In this document: piece after piece, positions 39,687-52,199 of the stretch
How positions within the stretch are numbered: the stretch's first letter is position 1
How the letters are laid out: every line of letters begins with the position of its first letter
Notes under the pieces: generated by a model
Databases searched by the model: none
Told to the model about the DNA's origin: nothing
The model's input: only the letters and a program-made list of their open reading frames with translations
NCBI RefSeq assembly: GCF_963921235.1
Contig: NC_086104.1
Span: forward strand, 3,968,001 to 4,032,000
Length of the DNA: 64,000 nucleotides
Direction: 5' to 3'
Origin: Mobula hypostoma
Lineage: Eukaryota
Position numbers and translations under genes: made by a program

Positions 39687-40889
39687 AATTCTCTGGATGC
39701 TTTCAAGAAAGAGTTAGATAGATCTCTTACTGATAGTGGAGTCAAGGGATATGGGGAGAAGGCAGGAACAGGGTACTGATAGTGGATGATCAGGCATGAT
39801 CACAGTGAATGGTGGTGCTCGCTCAAAGGGCCGAATGGCCTACTCCTGCACCTATTGTCTATTGTCTATAATAAATAACTAAAATCATAATAATAAATAC
39901 CGTTAGAGATTGGTTTCATTGGATACTTGATTACTAATTTAATTGGTTTGGCACACCATTGTGAGCTCTGTGTTCTGATTCTCTGTTGTGTGCAGTTTTT
40001 CACTGACTCTGTTGTGTTTCTGTCTATTTATAATGAATGCCCACAAGCAAATGGAACTCTGGGTGGTACATGGTGACAAATGTATCACTTGTTCGTTCGT
40101 TATGTGCCGTGTTTTATGACGCGGGTGATCATGGTCTCATGACCATGATTGTTCTTGGCACATTTTTCCAGAGAAGCAGTATGCCATTGCCTTCTTCTGG
40201 GCAATGTCTTTGTGAGCCCAACCATGACCACCACTCTTTCAAAGATTGTGTGTCTGATGTCAGTGGTCACATAACCAGGACTTGTGATATACATCAGTTG
40301 CTCATATGACCATCCACCTCCTGCTCCCATGGATTCACGTCACTCTGATCGGTGGGGGTGGGGGGACTAAGCAGGTGCTACACTTTGCCCAAGGGCGACC
40401 TGCAGCCTAGTGAAGGGAAGGAGCACCAGACACACATATACTTTGATAATAAATTTACTTTGAACTTTGAACTTTACAGTAAGTGTCATGCTGTCATACA
40501 CTCACGGGTCTAGGCAGCAGAGGGTGGAGGGCGCTGCCCGGGCTGAAGCCTGCTCCTTTTCCAAGGGGGTGTCTGTGCTCAGCTGCCTTTGGATAGCAAT
40601 GGGCATATGGGGGGGGGGGATTTCTGGGAGCCAATGTCTCCCCAGGGTATAGTTTGTCCAATAGTTGTGAGTAACCATATTTTAATTTGAATATACTCAC
40701 TGTCTAGTCAATACTGAGTACTTGCAGCTTGTGTAATTACGATGTAAATAAACTTTTATAGTTTTGTGAAAAAAAACACCTGAATGTCTGCTTTGCCTGG
40801 TGTTGGGCCAGTGTTTGCAGCCTTACCACGAGGAGCCTACTGTCAGGGAGGGGATACAGTGTACTTGACTTGTTGCTCACATTTGAATC

Positions 40890-41290
40890 AGATAATGCTG
40901 TATGGACATAAGATCATAAGAAATAGGAGCAGGAGTCGGCCATCTGGCCCGTAGAGTCTGCTCCGCCATTCAATAAGATCATGGCTGATCTGGCCATGGA
41001 CTCCTCTCCACCTGCCTGCCTTTTCCCCATAACCCTTAATTCCTCCAGAATGCAAAAATCTATCCAATCTTGTCTTAAATATATTTACTGAGGTAGCCTC
41101 CACTGCTTCATTGGGCAGAGAATTCCACAGATTCACCACTCTCTGGGAAAAGCAGTTTCTCCTCATCTCTGTCCTAAATCTACTCCCCCGAAACTTGAGG
41201 CTGTGCCCCTTAGTTCTAGTCTCACCCACCAGTGGAAGCAACTTTTCTGCCTCTATCATATCTATCCCTTTCATAATTTTATGTTTCTAT
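40890..41290 (-). mobile_element. CR1 3' fragment immediately upstream of the promoter
   Basis: ORF 40888-41274 ...TRTKGHSLKFRGSRFRTEMRRNCFSQRVVNLWNSLP. The same family occurs at ~58540-58940 and ~63500-63830. Confidence 0.85.
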
Positions 41291-41294
41291 AAGG

Positions 41295-41547
41295 AGTGAG
41301 TTTTAGTGACAGATATGTAAATATAGATGAAAACATTCAGCTACTCTGCAGTTTGTTACTATTTCTTCAGCAGTTTCCACAGGGCTGCCCACTCTCCCCC
41401 ATCACTTCCTCTTCACACCCCGTGCCTTTGTGTTGAAATAAGCATGTGGGGAAGTCAAAGGAGATTCAGTCACTTGTGAAATACCAACGCGGAACATCGG
41501 GTCTGAATGAGCAGAAATTCACTTTTTAAAAAAACAAGTGAGAAGAA
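41295..41547 (+). promoter_or_regulatory. Putative promoter of the VJ-VJ gene with an Ets/PU.1 box
   Basis: Unique, non-repeat DNA directly 5' of the leader ATG. CACTTCCTCTT at 41403-41413 reads AAGAGGAAGTG on the reverse strand, matching the PU.1/Spi-B consensus core. A further GGGGAAGT lies ~45 bp downstream. No clear TATA box. Confidence 0.5.
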
Positions 41548-41596
41548 ATGTTTGCAGCGATAATCACAACCTTGACTCTGTCCATCTGTGCAACGG
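41548..41596 (+). CDS. Signal-peptide (leader) exon of an antigen-receptor-like IgSF gene
   Basis: ATG TTT GCA GCG ATA ATC ACA ACC TTG ACT CTG TCC ATC TGT GCA ACG G|gtaagt gives MFAAIITTLTLSICAT plus 1 nt. It is 49 nt long, hydrophobic, and has a consensus phase-1 donor. It lies in a non-repeat island and splices in frame to either V exon (MFAAIITTLTLSICATGVNA-GTVLIQSP...). Not in the ORF track. Confidence 0.8.
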
Positions 41597-43899
41597 GTAA
41601 GTAAATTCCCAGAGTGGGGTCACCCAGTCTGAGACTGGTTTCATCTGCCTTTGAGTTTAATTGACCAGTTGTGGGCCGTGGTACTGTGTACAGTTCTGGT
41701 CATCCTGTTATAGGAAGGAAGTTATTAAACTAGAAAGAGTGCAGAAACGAACCACCAGGTCCTAGTGGTCTGTGTTACAAGGACAGATTGTGTTACACTA
41801 GGACTTTATTCCCTGGAATTGAGGAGACTGGGGGGAGAGAGACCTGACAGAGGGGTATTAGATTATGAGGGGCATGGACAGGGTGAAAGCACACAGTCTA
41901 TTCCCCAGGAAGGGCGTGATAAAAACAAGAGGACAAGTTAAAGATCAGAGTCGAGAGATTGAAATGGGACATTGGGGCAGCTTCTTCACACAAAGGGCGG
42001 TGTGTGTTTGGAATGAGCTGCTGGAAGTAGTGGTGTGGTGTCACATTAGCAACATGTAAGAGCCATCTAGAGAAGTATGTGGATAGGAGAGGGGGTGAGC
42101 GGTCTGTGGGCCAAATGCATGCTGGTAAACACAGTCTGTGTGAACAAGTTGAGCCAAAGGTCTTGCTTCTGTGCTGAATGATTTTTTGAGTCATGTGAAT
42201 CTGAGTTGTGATTTAAATATTGAGAGATGTTGGGTTTTTCTGGGTTTACACTGAGCTGAGACACTGAAGTATAATCTTCTACAGTTCCTATTCAGCGTGA
42301 AAACCAAAAGTTTTACTCTTTGCTGAACAAGGTTCAGAAGTGACTTGAGACATTCTGTACAAGTTAATTGGGTGAACTTTCTGAAAATAGGAAGCACCAG
42401 GGCATTCACAACACAAATCTAAAAGAAGTGACTGATACAAATGCACAAAAAGTTACTGATTAAGACAGGCAGAAGCAATGGAGGGAAGAAAAGAAATGAG
42501 GTGAAAGAAATTTAAAAATTAGTGTAAGGAGAGCTAACACTAATGACAAAAGAATTTACAGAAAGAAAATGGATCCGGGCAATGTGGGCAGAGTGAAGAA
42601 ACAGAGACAAAGTACCAGAGAGGCAGAAAGGAAAAGATCCCAAAAGCTGGAAATTCTCAACAAGTCAGAGCACCGTGTGGAGAGAGAAGTAGCGTTTCAG
42701 GCACAGTTTTAAAGTGCTTGGAAGTAGGTACAGAGGAGATGTCAGGGGTAAGTATTTTACGCAGAGTGTGGTGAGTGTGTGGAATGGGCTGCCAGCGACG
42801 GTGGTGGAGGTGGAAATGATAGGTTCTTTTAAGAGACTCCTGGAGAGGTACATGGAGCTTAGAAAAAGAGAGGGCTATGGGTAACCCTAAGTAATTTTTA
42901 AAGTAAATGCATGTTCAGCACAGCATTGGGGGCCAAAGAGCCTGGATTGTTCTGTAGGTTTTCTATGCTCTATGTCTTATGTTCTAAATTTTTCCTGTAG
43001 CTTTTCAATCGTATTGATATCTTTCCTGCAGGTAGGAAACCAGAGTAGATAGGCACTGCATCCAATGCTCTAAATTCAGTCTCCACAATGTCTAACAAAA
43101 TTTCAATGCAACATCCCAGCTATCATTCTCTATACTCTGATTTATGAAGGCCAATGTTACAAAAGCTCTCTTTATGATACTATCTGAGAAGCCACTTTCA
43201 AGGAATTATGGACCTGTATTCCAGATCCCTCTGTTGTACTGCATCTTTTTGAGCTCTGCTGTTCACTTTATAAGCCCTACCCTGGTCTGTCCTCTCACAG
43301 TGCAACATCACACACTTGTCTGCATCAAATTCCATCTGCCGTTTTATGGCCCATTTTTCCAGATCCTGTTTGATAGTCTTCTTTGCTGTCTACTGCACTT
43401 CCCAGTCTTGGTGTCATGCACAAATTTGATCATTCACGCTATCATATCATGATCAAAGTTATTAATGTGGATGATAACAGCGATGGACCCAGCACCAATC
43501 CCTGTGGCACACAACAAGTTACAGACCTCTGTTCAGAGAGACAAACACTGGCTTCTCCTGCTTAGCCAATGTTTAACGCCAATCCAGTTAACATTCTAGA
43601 CCAGCCTTTGATGCAGGACTTTGCCAAACACCTTGCTGGAGTCATGTAGAGGATGGCCACCAGCTTTCTTCAGAGAATTCCATGGCTAATTTATAGAGCC
43701 TTTCTTGAACAATGGAACAATATTTAGTATTCTTCAATCCTCCAATAGCTAAATACTCTGCCAGGGTCCCTGTAGTTGCTGCAAGAGTCCATCAGAAGGT
43801 CAAGAGGCAGGATCTCTCAGAGGCCACTCATTTCAATTCAAGTCCCCATTCTGAAATGTGAGGCCATGCCTTCCTCGGCTGTCAAAATGAGGCCAAACT

Positions 43900-44190
43900 C
43901 AGGTATGAACTGATGGCATGAACATTGATTTCTCCATCTACTGGTAATTTTTCATCCCTTTCCTTTCTTTCCTTTTTTTCATTCTCCATTCTCCTCTTTC
44001 CTCCTCTTCCTCCTCTTCTCCTTCCTTGCCCCTCACCTCCCACTGATGCCCTTCCTCATTTCCTTTCTTCCACAATCCCCTGTCAACCCTTTACTTCTAT
44101 CACCTATCCCTTCCCAGCTTCTTACCTCACACCCTTTCTCCACTCACCTACCTTCCCCTTCTCCTGGTCACACCTATCATCTGCCAGCTT
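43900..44190 (+). mobile_element. Penelope-like 3' fragment
   Basis: gatggcatgaacattgatttctcc followed by a C/T-rich tract, the same layout as 60060-60380. Confidence 0.55.
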
Positions 44191-44204
44191 GTACACCGAT
44201 GGCC

Positions 44205-47200
44205 GAACCAGCGGCAGGAGCAGAAGTCTCTTACAGATCGGTGACGCTTGTCTAAGAGTACAAGGAGGCACATGAGGGGTAGCTATTGCTGGGAGTAGGC
44301 TAGTGGGAAGAGTAGGAGTGTCAAGTTTCGGCTTGTATGTGGCGTTGGCTCTCGGTAAGAATTAAGAATTTCTTAATTTTTATTTAAGAAATTAAGAACC
44401 TTTCTGTTAAGGTTCCTTTTTTTCTCTTCTCTTACTGTACCAGGTGTAGTAGATGGCCGTGGTGTGCTGGACGTTGGAGTCCTGGGAGACCCAGAGTCCC
44501 CCAGGGAACTACATCTGCATGAAGTGTATCTGGCTGCAACTCCCTGAAGACTGTGTTTAGGATCTGGAGCAGCAGATGGAGAGTGAGGAGATAATTGATC
44601 AGAGTTACAGGGTAGAACGGTGGTAAAAAAGCAAAGATTGCATGCAGTCTTATTGTCAGGAAGGGCAAACAGATGACAGGACAAAATTGCAGACAGCAGG
44701 GCGAGTATTAGTGTATTAGAGATGCAGAATGAAAAGGAGTAGCAAACGCAGCACTCAGAGTGATAGATCTCAATGCACAGAGTATAAGGAATAGGGTGGA
44801 TGATCTTGTTGCACTTTTACAGATTGTAGGGTACAATATTGTGGACATCACTGAAGGATGGTTGTAGTTGGGAGCTGAATGTCCAAGGTTACACGTTGTA
44901 TCGGAGGGATTGGAAGGTAGGCAGAGGGGGTGGTGTGGCTCTTCTGGTAAAGAATGGGATCAAATCAGTAGAAAGATGTGACATAGGATCAGAAGATGTT
45001 GAATCCTTGTGGGTTGAGTTCAGAAACTGCAAGGGTAAAAGGACCCTGATGGCAGTTACGTACAGGTCTCCAAACAGTAGCCGGGATGTGGAACAAAGAA
45101 AAATAGAAAAGGCGAGTCAACAGGGCAGTGTTATGATCATCATGGGAGATTTCAATATGCATGTCGATTGGCAAAATCAGGTTGGTAATGGATCTGAAGA
45201 AAGTGAGTTTGTTGAATGCCAATGTCTTTTTAGAGTAGGTTGTCACTGAGCCTACTAGGGGATCAGCTGTGCTAGATTGGGTGTTATGTGATGAACCGGA
45301 GGTGATTAAAGAAAAACAATGCTGAGGAGGCAGAGATCAAAACATGACTGAATTCAACTTGAAATTTGATGGGGAGAAGGTAAAGTTTAACGTAGCAGTA
45401 TTTCAGTCGTGTTAAGGAAATTATAGTGGTGTGAGAGAGGAGTTGGCCAAAGTAAATTGGAAGGAGATGCTGGTAGGGATGACAGCAGAGCAGCAACAGC
45501 CTAAGTTTCTGGGAAAAATGAGGAAGGTTCAGGATAGAAATATTCCAAAAACAATGAAATACACAAAAGTACAACCATGGCTGGTAAGAAAAGTCAAAGC
45601 TAATGTAAAAGCAAAAGAGAGGGTATACGACAAAGCAAAAATTAGCGGGAAGATAGAGGATTGGGAAGCTTTTAAACCCCTACAGAGAGCAACTAAAATA
45701 ATCATGAGGAGGGAAACGATGAAATATGAAATCCACCTAGTAAAAAATATCAAAGAAGATAGCAAAAACTTTTTCAACTATGGAAAAAATAAAAGTGAAA
45801 AGAGAGTGAATATAGGAACACTAGAAAACGAGGCCGGAGAAATAATAAAGGGAACAAGCAAACACGAGGAAATCTGCAGATGCTGCATTAACCAGCAACT
45901 TTTATGTGTGTTACTTGAAAGGGAACAAGCAGATGTCTGCTGAACTAAATGAGTATTTGATTGGTTGAATTGATTGAATTGACTTCATTTCTTACATTCT
46001 TCACATACACGAGGAGTAAGAATCTTTACGTTACGTCTCCGACTAAGTGCAATTTGCAATTTACAGTAATTTCTAATAAATAGTATGTACAACAGGACAG
46101 TCAATATAAGATAGAAATACAGTTGCATCAGCATGAATTAAGCAGTCTAATGGCCTGGTGGGAGAAGCTGTCCCGGAGCCTGGGCCAGATGAACTGTACC
46201 CAAGCATTCTCAGAGAGGTAGTGGTAAAGATTTTGGAGGCATTAATAATAATCTTTCAAAAATCATTAGTCTCTGGCATGGTGCAGAGGACTGGAAAATT
46301 GAAAATGTCCCTCCACTCTTTAAGAAAGGAAGAAGACAACAGAAAGGAGATTATAGACCAGTTAGCCTGACCTCAGTTATTGGGAAGATGTTGGAGTCAA
46401 TTGTTAAGGAAGAGGTGATTGAGTACTTGGTGATGCAGAATGAGATAGGACAAAGTCAGCATGGTGTCCTTAAGGGAAAAAGTTGCCTGACAAACCAATT
46501 GGACTTCATTGAGGAGATTACATATGATGGATAAAAGGGATGCAGTGGATGTTGTATATTTGTACTTCCAGAAGGCCGTTGACAAGGTGCCACACATGAG
46601 GCTGCTTACCAAGTTAAGAGCCCATGGTATTACAGGAAAGCTACTGGCATGGTTGGAGCATTGGCTGACTGGTAGAAGGCATCGAGTGGGAATGAAAGAA
46701 TCCTTTTCTGGTTGGCTGTCAGCGACTAGTGGTGTGCTGCAGCAGTTGGTGTTGGGACCACTTCTTTTTATGCAGTATATCAGTGGTTTAGATGATGGAA
46801 TAGATAGCTTTATTGCCAAGTTTGCAAATGATACGAGGATTGTTGGAGGGGCAGGTGGTTTTGAGGAAACAGGTAGGCTGCAGAAGGACTTAGACAGATT
46901 AGGAGAATGGGCAAGAGGTTGGCAAATGAAATGCAATGTTGGAAAATGCATGGACTAGCACTTTGGTAGTAGAAATAAATGTGCAGTCTATTTTCTAAAC
47001 TGGGAGAAAATCCAAAAATCTGAGATACAAAGGGACTTTGGAGTCATTGTGCAGAACACCCTGAAGGTTAACCTGCAGGTGGAGTCAGCAGTGAAAAAGG
47101 CAAATGCAACAGCATTCACTTCAAGTTCTAAAATACAAGAGCAGAAATGTGATGCTAAGGATTTATAGGCAATGGCAAGGCCTCACCTTGAGTATTGTGA

Positions 47201-47735
47201 ATAGTTTTAGGCTCCTCATCTCAGAAAAGATGTGCTGGCCCTGACAAGGGTTCAGAGGAGGTTTACAAGGATAATTCCAGAAATATGAGAAACGTTTGAT
47301 GACTCTCTGGGCCTGTACTCACTGGAAATTTTGAAGTACAAGGGGGAACCTCATTGAAACCTTTTGAAAATTGAAAGGCCTGGACAGAGTAGATGAGCAA
47401 AGGATGTCTCCCTGGTGGGGTGTCTAGGACAAAAGTACACAGCCTCAGGAAAGAGGAACATCCTTTTAAAACGGAGATGCATAGAAATTTCTATTGCCAG
47501 AGGGTGGTGAAATTCTGGAATTTGTTACCTCAGGCAGCTGTGGAGGCCAGGTCATTTAAGGTGGCATTTGATAGGCTCTTGATTGGATACGGCTTCAAAG
47601 GATACAGGAAGAAGGCCAGGGTGTGGGGCTGAGCAGGTGGAGAAAGGATCAGCCATGATGGAATGGTGAGCAGACTCGATGGGCCAAATGGCTTATTTCT
47701 GCTCCTATGTCTTATGGTCTTATGGTCTATGGTAC
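44205..47735 (+). mobile_element. Degenerate near-full-length CR1 in intron 1
   Basis: ORF1 zinc-finger-like remnant at ~44450-44580, APE at 44839-45249, RT at 46158-46958 and 3' end at 47393-47632. Tail tcttatggtcttatgg. Confidence 0.85.
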
Positions 47736-49424
47736 TCCTTCCTCCCTCCCCACCTCCTTATTCTAGCATTTTTACAGGCCTGATGAAGGATGTCTGCATG
47801 AAATATTAACTGTTTATTCCCCTCCATAGATATTTCCTGATTTGCTGAATTCCTGCTGCATTTGGTATCTGATGGTTGCTATTTTCCAATGTTTCTTCTA
47901 TTTCTCCAAAAACACAGAGGAGTACATTGCCCAGTTACCCTGTTATAGGAAGTTTACTTTTACAATCTGTATTTCCTCAAGGTTGTGAAAGCTGAGGTTG
48001 ATATTAGGAACAAACTCCCACTACCTGTTAAATGCTCTCAATGGTGTGAGCCTCAAATAACCTCTGACAACCAGATCTAGCTCCTAGTCATCACCTGTGG
48101 CTTCGCTACAAAGCCATGTGGAACCGTTCCTAGTGACAGGCGAAAGGGCAAAAGCAGGTTACTAGCTTCCTAAACCCAGTCACTTCAGGCTCATGGGGCT
48201 CGTCAGCCATGGTTGGCAGCTCATCAAGGTGAAGGAAGACTCTTACCTTGAAACTCCACTGCCTTGAACTCATGGGGAAGGCTTTGGGAGTAAGCGGCAA
48301 AAGAAAAATCTGTCGCTGGAGACCTGAAGGTAGTCCTACACTGAGTTTAATGCTGACTGGCAACTCTTGCCATGCTGCTGGTGTTAAGCAGTATCGGTCT
48401 CTGCCATTGCTTATCCCTGCTTCTCACCGTGACCTTTGACACCCTGACTAATCAAGAACCTATCACCCTCAGCTTTTAATGTACAATTGACCAATGACAT
48501 TTGTCATCTGGCTCTTAAGAAGAGCATAAGACAAAGGAACTGATTAGGCCATTCAGTCAGTGAGTCTGCACTGTCATTCCATTCTGGTCCATTTATTATC
48601 CCTCTCGACCCCATTCTCCTGCCTTCTCACCGTAACCTTTGATGCCCTTATCAAAGAGCCTTTGAACCTCTGCTTTGAACTCTACAGCCATCTGTGGCAA
48701 TGAATTTGACAGATTCACCACCCTCTGGCCAAAGAAATCCCTCCTCATGTCTGTTCTAAATTCACGTCTGACTCTTCTGAGGCTGTGCCCTCTGGTCCGA
48801 GACTTCCCCACTGTCGGATTCATTAGGAAAGGACAGACACCAGGTGCTGGTAATCTGCAGTGACAGAACAATTTTCTGGAGGAACTCAGTGATCAAGCAG
48901 CATCCGTGGGGAAATTGTCTACATTTCAGGTTGAAACCCTGCATCCGGACTTAAAGATGGAACAGTTACTTAATTTGGGTGATCAGCCTTGACTTTTCTA
49001 AATGGCAGAGCAGATCCAACAGATTGAATGGCTCCCTCCCGTTCCTGGGTTTCATGCATTGTTACAGAAGTAGTTTAGCATCAGATTCTGACATGCCATA
49101 AGGAAGGCACAGAAAATCCACAGACACCTTTGTGTCACCAGGGACATGTGGCGTATGTGGCAAGATATACAAACCATAACCAGTTGCACATCAGTGACAA
49201 CGACACCTCCCATCCTGATCAGCCGAGTCTTTTCTAAACAAGGTGTGACCAGTTGAATAGTGTGACATGGAGGAAAGCCTCCTCTCTCCCTGAGGAACAG
49301 GCAACAACCTGTGTTGGGCGGGGGGTGTGGAAACACCCTAACCAGGGTCAATCTGTGCAAAGCTGCAGGGTCAGAGAACATACTTGGTCAGGTGCCGAGG
49401 GACTGTGCGAGCCTAGATAACAGT

Positions 49425-49870
49425 GGTCTTAATAGCCATCTTCAATGTCTCTCTGAAACAGTCCACTGTCCCTGCAGGCTTTAAGAAGTATCGTCACTAT
49501 CCTGTCTTCTTTATAACTGCATCGATAAGTTGGGACCAGGTTAGGTCCCCAGAGATCTTGACACCCAGGAACTTGAAACTGCTCACTCTGTCCACTTCTG
49601 ATCCCTCTATGATGTATGTGGTCCTTCATCTTACCCTTCCTGAAGTGCACAATCAGCTCTTTCATCCTACTGACGTTGAGTGCCAGGTTGTTGCTGCAGC
49701 ACCACTCCGCTAGTTGGCATATCTCACTCCTGTATGCCCTCCCGTCAGCATCGGAGATTCTACCAACAATGGTTCTATCATCAGCAAATTTATAGATGGT
49801 ATTTGAGCTATGCCTAGCCACACAATGATGTGTATATAGAGAGTAGAGCAGTGGACTAAGCACACACCCC
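49425..49870 (-). mobile_element. Rex1/Babar-type LINE RT fragment
   Basis: LSPLLYSLYTHHCVA.HSSNTIYKFADD..IVG...LALNVS.MKELIVHFR. Confidence 0.8.
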
Positions 49871-51749
49871 TGAGGTGTGCCAGTGTTGATCGTCAGCGAG
49901 CGGAGATGTTATCACCAATCTGCACAAATTGCGGTCTTCCATTTAGAAAGTCGAGGATCCAATTGCAGAGGGACACACTTGCCACGTGATTGCAAACCTA
50001 CAATGCACTTTTTCTGTAACTTTCATGCTGTTCTGTGCAATCAGTTGTTGCATTTTCCTCTGTACCATTTAGGTATGCTGGTCTTACAAATGATCTGTCC
50101 GGAGGACATACAAAGCAATGTTTTGTCCTGGAAGATGGGCACTAGCCTTTGTACCATCTAGGACATCTTCAAGGAGTGATGCCTCTAAAAGGTGGCATCC
50201 GTCATTGGAACCCCATCACCCAGGACATGCTCTTTTCTCATTGCTACCATCAGGGAGGAGGTATAAGAGCCAGAAGGCACACAGTCGACAGTTCAGGAAT
50301 AGCTCTTTCCCCTCTGCCATCAGATTTCTGTACGGACATTGAACCCGTGAACAAAACCTCACTACTTTTTTTCCTCTTTTAGCACTACTTACTCAATTTA
50401 ATTTTCTAATGTATATACTTCTTACTGTAATTTTCAATTTTTGTTGTTGTGTATTGCAATCTACATAAAAATTTGCTGTAGAAAAGTGGCATTCATCATC
50501 AGGCATTCTCACCACCTAGGCCATGCTCTTTTCTCACTGCTGCCATCAAGTGGAAGGTACAGGAGCCTCAGGACTTGCACCATCAAGTTCAGAAACAATT
50601 CCTACCCCTCAACCATCAGGCTGTTGTACAAAAAAGGATAACTCCACTCAATCTATTTCTGGTGTTCCCACAACCGATGGTCTCACTTTGAGGACTCTTT
50701 ATCTTGTTATTTTATGCTCTTTTATTTCATGTTCTTGTTAGTTATTGCTATTTATTTATATCTGCATTTGCACAGTTTGTTGTTCATCGATCCTGTTTAC
50801 AGTTACAGGACTCCATCAAAGGGTTTCGGCCCAAAACGTTGACTATACTTTATTCCAGAGATGCTGCCTGGCCTGCTGAGTTCCTCCAGCATTTTGTGTG
50901 TGTTGCTTGGATTTCCGGCATCTGCAGAATTTCTCTTGTTCACCGGTCAAGATAGCAGTGCACTAAGCTATCTCTTTCACTTCTTTTATATTTTCTTTCT
51001 ATTTTAAACATGTTTCTGGTATTGTGAGAGCCTGCGATCTTGTAGTTGTTTACACGATTTGTTTGATTTTGCATGTGGGGGGTTGCTTATCCTGTCATTT
51101 GTGCAATTTGTTTTTTGCATGTGCGGTTTTGATGTTCTTTTGACGTTTGCATGATTTGTCGCCTGTGTGTGCAGGGATAGTCTTCCTCTTTCCACTTGCA
51201 TCATTTGTTTTATTTTGAGCATGGAGGTATGATGTTTTTCTTTGAATGGCTCCATGGTTTTCTTTGTTTCGTGACTGTCTGGAGAAGACAAATCTCAGAG
51301 ATGCATAGTGCATACCTACATTGATAATAAATATACCTTGAACCTGAAAACAAAGCAGCTTCAACACCAACCCCTGCAGAATACCAGTAGTCACACCAAC
51401 AGCCAACCAGGAAAGGCTCCCTTTCTTCCCAGTCTCCGCCTCCTGCCAATCAACTAATCCTTTATCCATCTTTTTTTGTAATACCATGGGCTCTTAACTT
51501 GTTAAGCAGCCTCATGTGTTGCACCTTGTCAAAAGCCTTCTGCAAATCCAAGTAGACAACATCCACCGATTCTCCTTTGTCTAACCTGCTTGTTATTTCT
51601 TCAAAGAATTCCATTGGATTTGTCAGGCAAGATTTTCCTTTGAGGCCCATTTTGTCATGTGCCTCCAAGTACCCCTAAACCACATACAAAACAATTGGTT
51701 ACAGCACCTTCACGACCATTGAGGTCAGGGTAACTCGCCTATAATTTCC

Positions 51750-52130
51750 GGCAACACACATAAAATGGTGGTCGAACTGAGAAGGCTGGGCAGCACCTAC
51801 GGAAAAAACTACAGTCGACGTTTCGGGCCAAGACCCTTCAGCAGGACTGGGAAAAGAAGACAAGGAGTAGATTTAAATGTTGAGGAGGGGAGAGAGAAAC
51901 ACAAGGTGACAGGTGAAACTGGGAGGGGGGTATAAGGCAAGGAGCTGGGAAGCTGATTGATGAAAGTGATACAGCGGGAGAAGGGGAAGGCTGATTTGAG
52001 TGGACAGAAGGCCATGGAAGAAAGAAAAGTGTGGAGGAGCACCAGAGGGAAGCGATGGGCAGGCCAGGAGATGAGGTGAGAGAGGGGAGAGGGGATAGTG
52101 AATGGTGAAGGAGAGGCAAGGGGGCTGCAG
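51750..52130 (-). mobile_element. Penelope-like 3' end carrying a hammerhead-like motif
   Basis: The reverse complement of the purine-rich tract plus ...cccgaaacgtcgactg... is homologous to 60100-60473. Confidence 0.7.
51812..51849 (-). ncRNA. Hammerhead-like motif with altered core (CUGCUGA)
   Basis: The reverse complement reads CAGTC-CTGCTGA-AGGG-TCTTGG-CCC-GAAAC-GTC-GACTG. The stems are intact but core A6 is replaced by C. Confidence 0.55.
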
Positions 52131-52199
52131 ACATTACAGGAAGCTCGAGAAATCAATGCTCATGCCATCAGGTGGAGATAACCCAGACAGAATATAAGG

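Noticed and set aside
41628-41642. Short perfect hairpin CCAGTC-TGA-GACTGG just inside intron 1
   Set aside because: A 6-7 bp stem is expected by chance in 64 kb.
42262-42335. Possible extra exon in intron 1 (tcttctacag|...caag|gttcag)
   Set aside because: Weak donor, phase incompatible with the phase-1 exons, and no Ig or other motif.
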